From the NCBI GenBank assembly GCA_043228905.1, contig JBHGNT010000012.1, forward strand, positions 14,508,001 through 14,572,000: a stretch of DNA of 64,000 bases, read 5' to 3'. The translations under genes and the position numbers were made by a program. The notes below the pieces were generated by a model. That model worked only from the letters and a program-made list of their open reading frames with translations, was not told the origin of the DNA and did not search any database. Origin of the DNA: Azolla caroliniana (lineage: Eukaryota > Plantae > Polypodiophyta). Shown piece by piece: positions 61,851 through 64,000 of this stretch (position 1 is its first letter; each line of letters begins with the position of its first letter).

Positions 61851-64000
61851 TGTCGCGTTGTTACGCGCGTGCGTGGAGAAAGGGGCGGGACNNNNNNNNN
61901 NNNNNNNNNNNNNNNNNNNNNNNNNNNNNNNNNNNNNNNNNNNNNNNNNNNNNNNNNNNNNNNNNNNNNNNNNNNNNNNNNNNNNNNNNNNAAGGGGCAG
62001 TGAGCTCCCGACCCACAGAGACCAATGACCGGAGGAGAAGAGAGCGCTCGACACTCGAATCTGCAGCAACACTTTGTCCTTCCTAGCGTGCGATACCCCT
62101 CTCCCCTCTCTCCTCTCCTCCTTTTATCCCCATCCTCTTGTAAATTCCCTTTATTCCCTGTCCCTCCTGACAGAGATACGCATAATCCCCTAATAAATGT
62201 GTGCTACTTAGTATTTACATCCACCGATCCATTTATGAATCATGTACAAAATGTCAAGTCACGCGTACATCCGTGTAAGAGCCGGTTTATGCGCTTTCTC
62301 TCCGATTCCACCTATGGCCGGTTTTCTTCACGACATCCACCCCCACCAAACCGCGCATCCACCGGTATGCGCCAGAGACGGGTAGATACCGAACAAACCC
62401 GGCCTCACTCATTGCTCTCCGATTCTCCACTGGAACCGAACTGATCGTCGTTGTCGCTCCCGCTCGCAGGCTCCGGCTCGTCTTCAAACCGCTTTTTGAA
62501 CGCTTTGATCCGCTTTCCGGCCGCCGGCACTGCTAATTGTGTCTCGTCGAGTTCTGCAAGGTGGTACGTGCCGTTTTCGTTCGTTCTCATCACCGTGTAG
62601 GGCCCGAACCATCTCCTAGCGAACTTTCGCACCGCCTTGTGCTGATTGTCGAGGCTATTGTCGTATACCAAGACTCAGTCGCCTTCCTCGATCTTCTTTG
62701 GTCGCAACTGGTGCGTCCGGTTGAACTGGGTCTTGTTCTGCTCCCTTGCCGCTCGCAGCTTTTCCTTCGCCTGTATCATGTCCTCCGGCCTCCGCTCGAG
62801 TTGCCGAATCCGCGCCGCCAGCAACTCCTCCCGGCTCATTTCGTCCTTCCAATCTACCGCCGCCCATGAAGAAACCGTCTGTTCCACTCGCATGATCGGC
62901 TTCTGTCCGTACATCAGCTCTACCGGCATAAACCCTGTCACCGAACTGTACGTAGTTCGATCCACCCATAATGTGTAAGGAAGGAGTCGTGACCAATTCC
63001 CGACCTGCCCTCCGCATGCACGCACCAACGCCTTTACGATCGGCCCGTGCCCACGTTCAGCCTTTCCGTTTGCCTCCGGATTGTACGCCGTAGTGAGGGA
63101 GAGTTTGACGCCTAGCCGGTCGAACAGCTCATCAGCCTCCCGTGCATCTAGCTCTCCCTGGTCTGCCACGATCCTCCCAACGCACCCGTACTGACACACC
63201 ACTTCCTCGATCACGAACCGGCATACCGCCGTGGTTGTCTTGCTTTGCAGTGCACGGCCTTCCACTTGGTTCGTTAAGTCTTCCCATGCAAGCACCAGGT
63301 ATCGCATTTTTCCTACCCCCATCGGCATCGTCACCAAGTCTACCATCCACTTGAAATGGACCGTAGGCGGGTAGGTCGGTCGTAGCTCATCCCGGTGTCA
63401 GAATACAGAGTGCATCTGACAGTTTTCGCAAGTCGTTACGAACCGATGCACGTCCTGGTACAACCCCGACCACCAGTACTTCTCCTTCAGCTTCTCGAAC
63501 GTGGCCCATGTTCTGCGGTGTCCGGCCCAGGGGCTCTCGTGAAATGCCGCCAGTAGTTCCCCCTGTTCTTCTTTCTTTGCCACTACTCGGAGTGGGATGC
63601 CGCTTCTCTTCTTTGGGTGCCTCCATATGCACCCGTCCCGCAGGAAGAATCAGTACGCCTTCTTCCGTATCCGGCTCGCCTCCTCTCTCGTCCATGTTGC
63701 GTCCGGCGCCATCGTCCGTAGGAACCTCCCGATTTGGAGCCACTCCCCGTCGTACTTGCTTTCGTCAAATTTGTTAAGCGTTAGAGTGTTCCCTTCCCTC
63801 GTCGTTATGTTAGACGACCCGAAGAAGTCCTCGCCGACTTCTTCGTCATCCGAAACCATGTCGTCTTCGTCGTTGAACCTTGCCCTCGAAAGCATGTCGG
63901 CCATGGTGTTGTCCTTTCCGGAGATGTGTCGTATCTCCGGGTTCAGGGACTTAATGTACACTATCCACCGGAGCATTGCTAGGTCCGGCGTCGCGCATCC
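61851..64000 (-). mobile_element. Ty3/gypsy element (3' LTR, PPT, integrase, RNase H end), runs out of the window
   Basis: LTR starts TGTCGTGAAG at 62335 (-), PPT TGGTGGGGGTGGA at 62336-62348, LTR end at 61851 across the gap. Motifs ADMLSR, HESPWAGH, EDLTNQVEGRAL, NPEANGKAE and RWFGPY. Confidence 0.87.
61892..61991. other. Assembly gap (100 N)
   Basis: Run of N. Confidence 1.

Noticed and set aside
61851-62335. Treating both sides of the N gap as certainly one LTR
   Set aside because: The pre-gap part matches solo LTR 52588-53221 closely, but the post-gap part shares only the first ~10 bp, so the two sides may be different copies.

Overview
Plant nuclear DNA; the retroelement repertoire suggests a fern or other non-seed plant, which is inference only. 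The window holds one intact host gene, an 11-coding-exon trehalose-6-phosphate phosphatase (TPP, + strand, CDS 14777-18647, 393 aa), with a candidate peptide-coding uORF and an upstream ACGT-box cluster. Most of the remainder is LTR retrotransposon: a young intact Ty1/copia (114-5415, TSD CTGTA), a PR/RT-deleted chromovirus, and a nest up to five levels deep from 34.4 to 64 kb. The most unusual signal is a non-chromovirus Ty3/gypsy family present in two copies (39075-55363 on -, 48248-53764 on +). It has a normal tRNA-Arg-type PBS after the 5' LTR but no polypurine tract. Instead, a sense-strand copy of a tRNA T-arm and 3' end, finishing in CCA, sits 2 nt before the 3' LTR. This suggests plus-strand synthesis primed by a second tRNA or by an element-encoded tRNA mimic. 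tRNA and family assignments come from recalled consensus sequences and were not database-searched.
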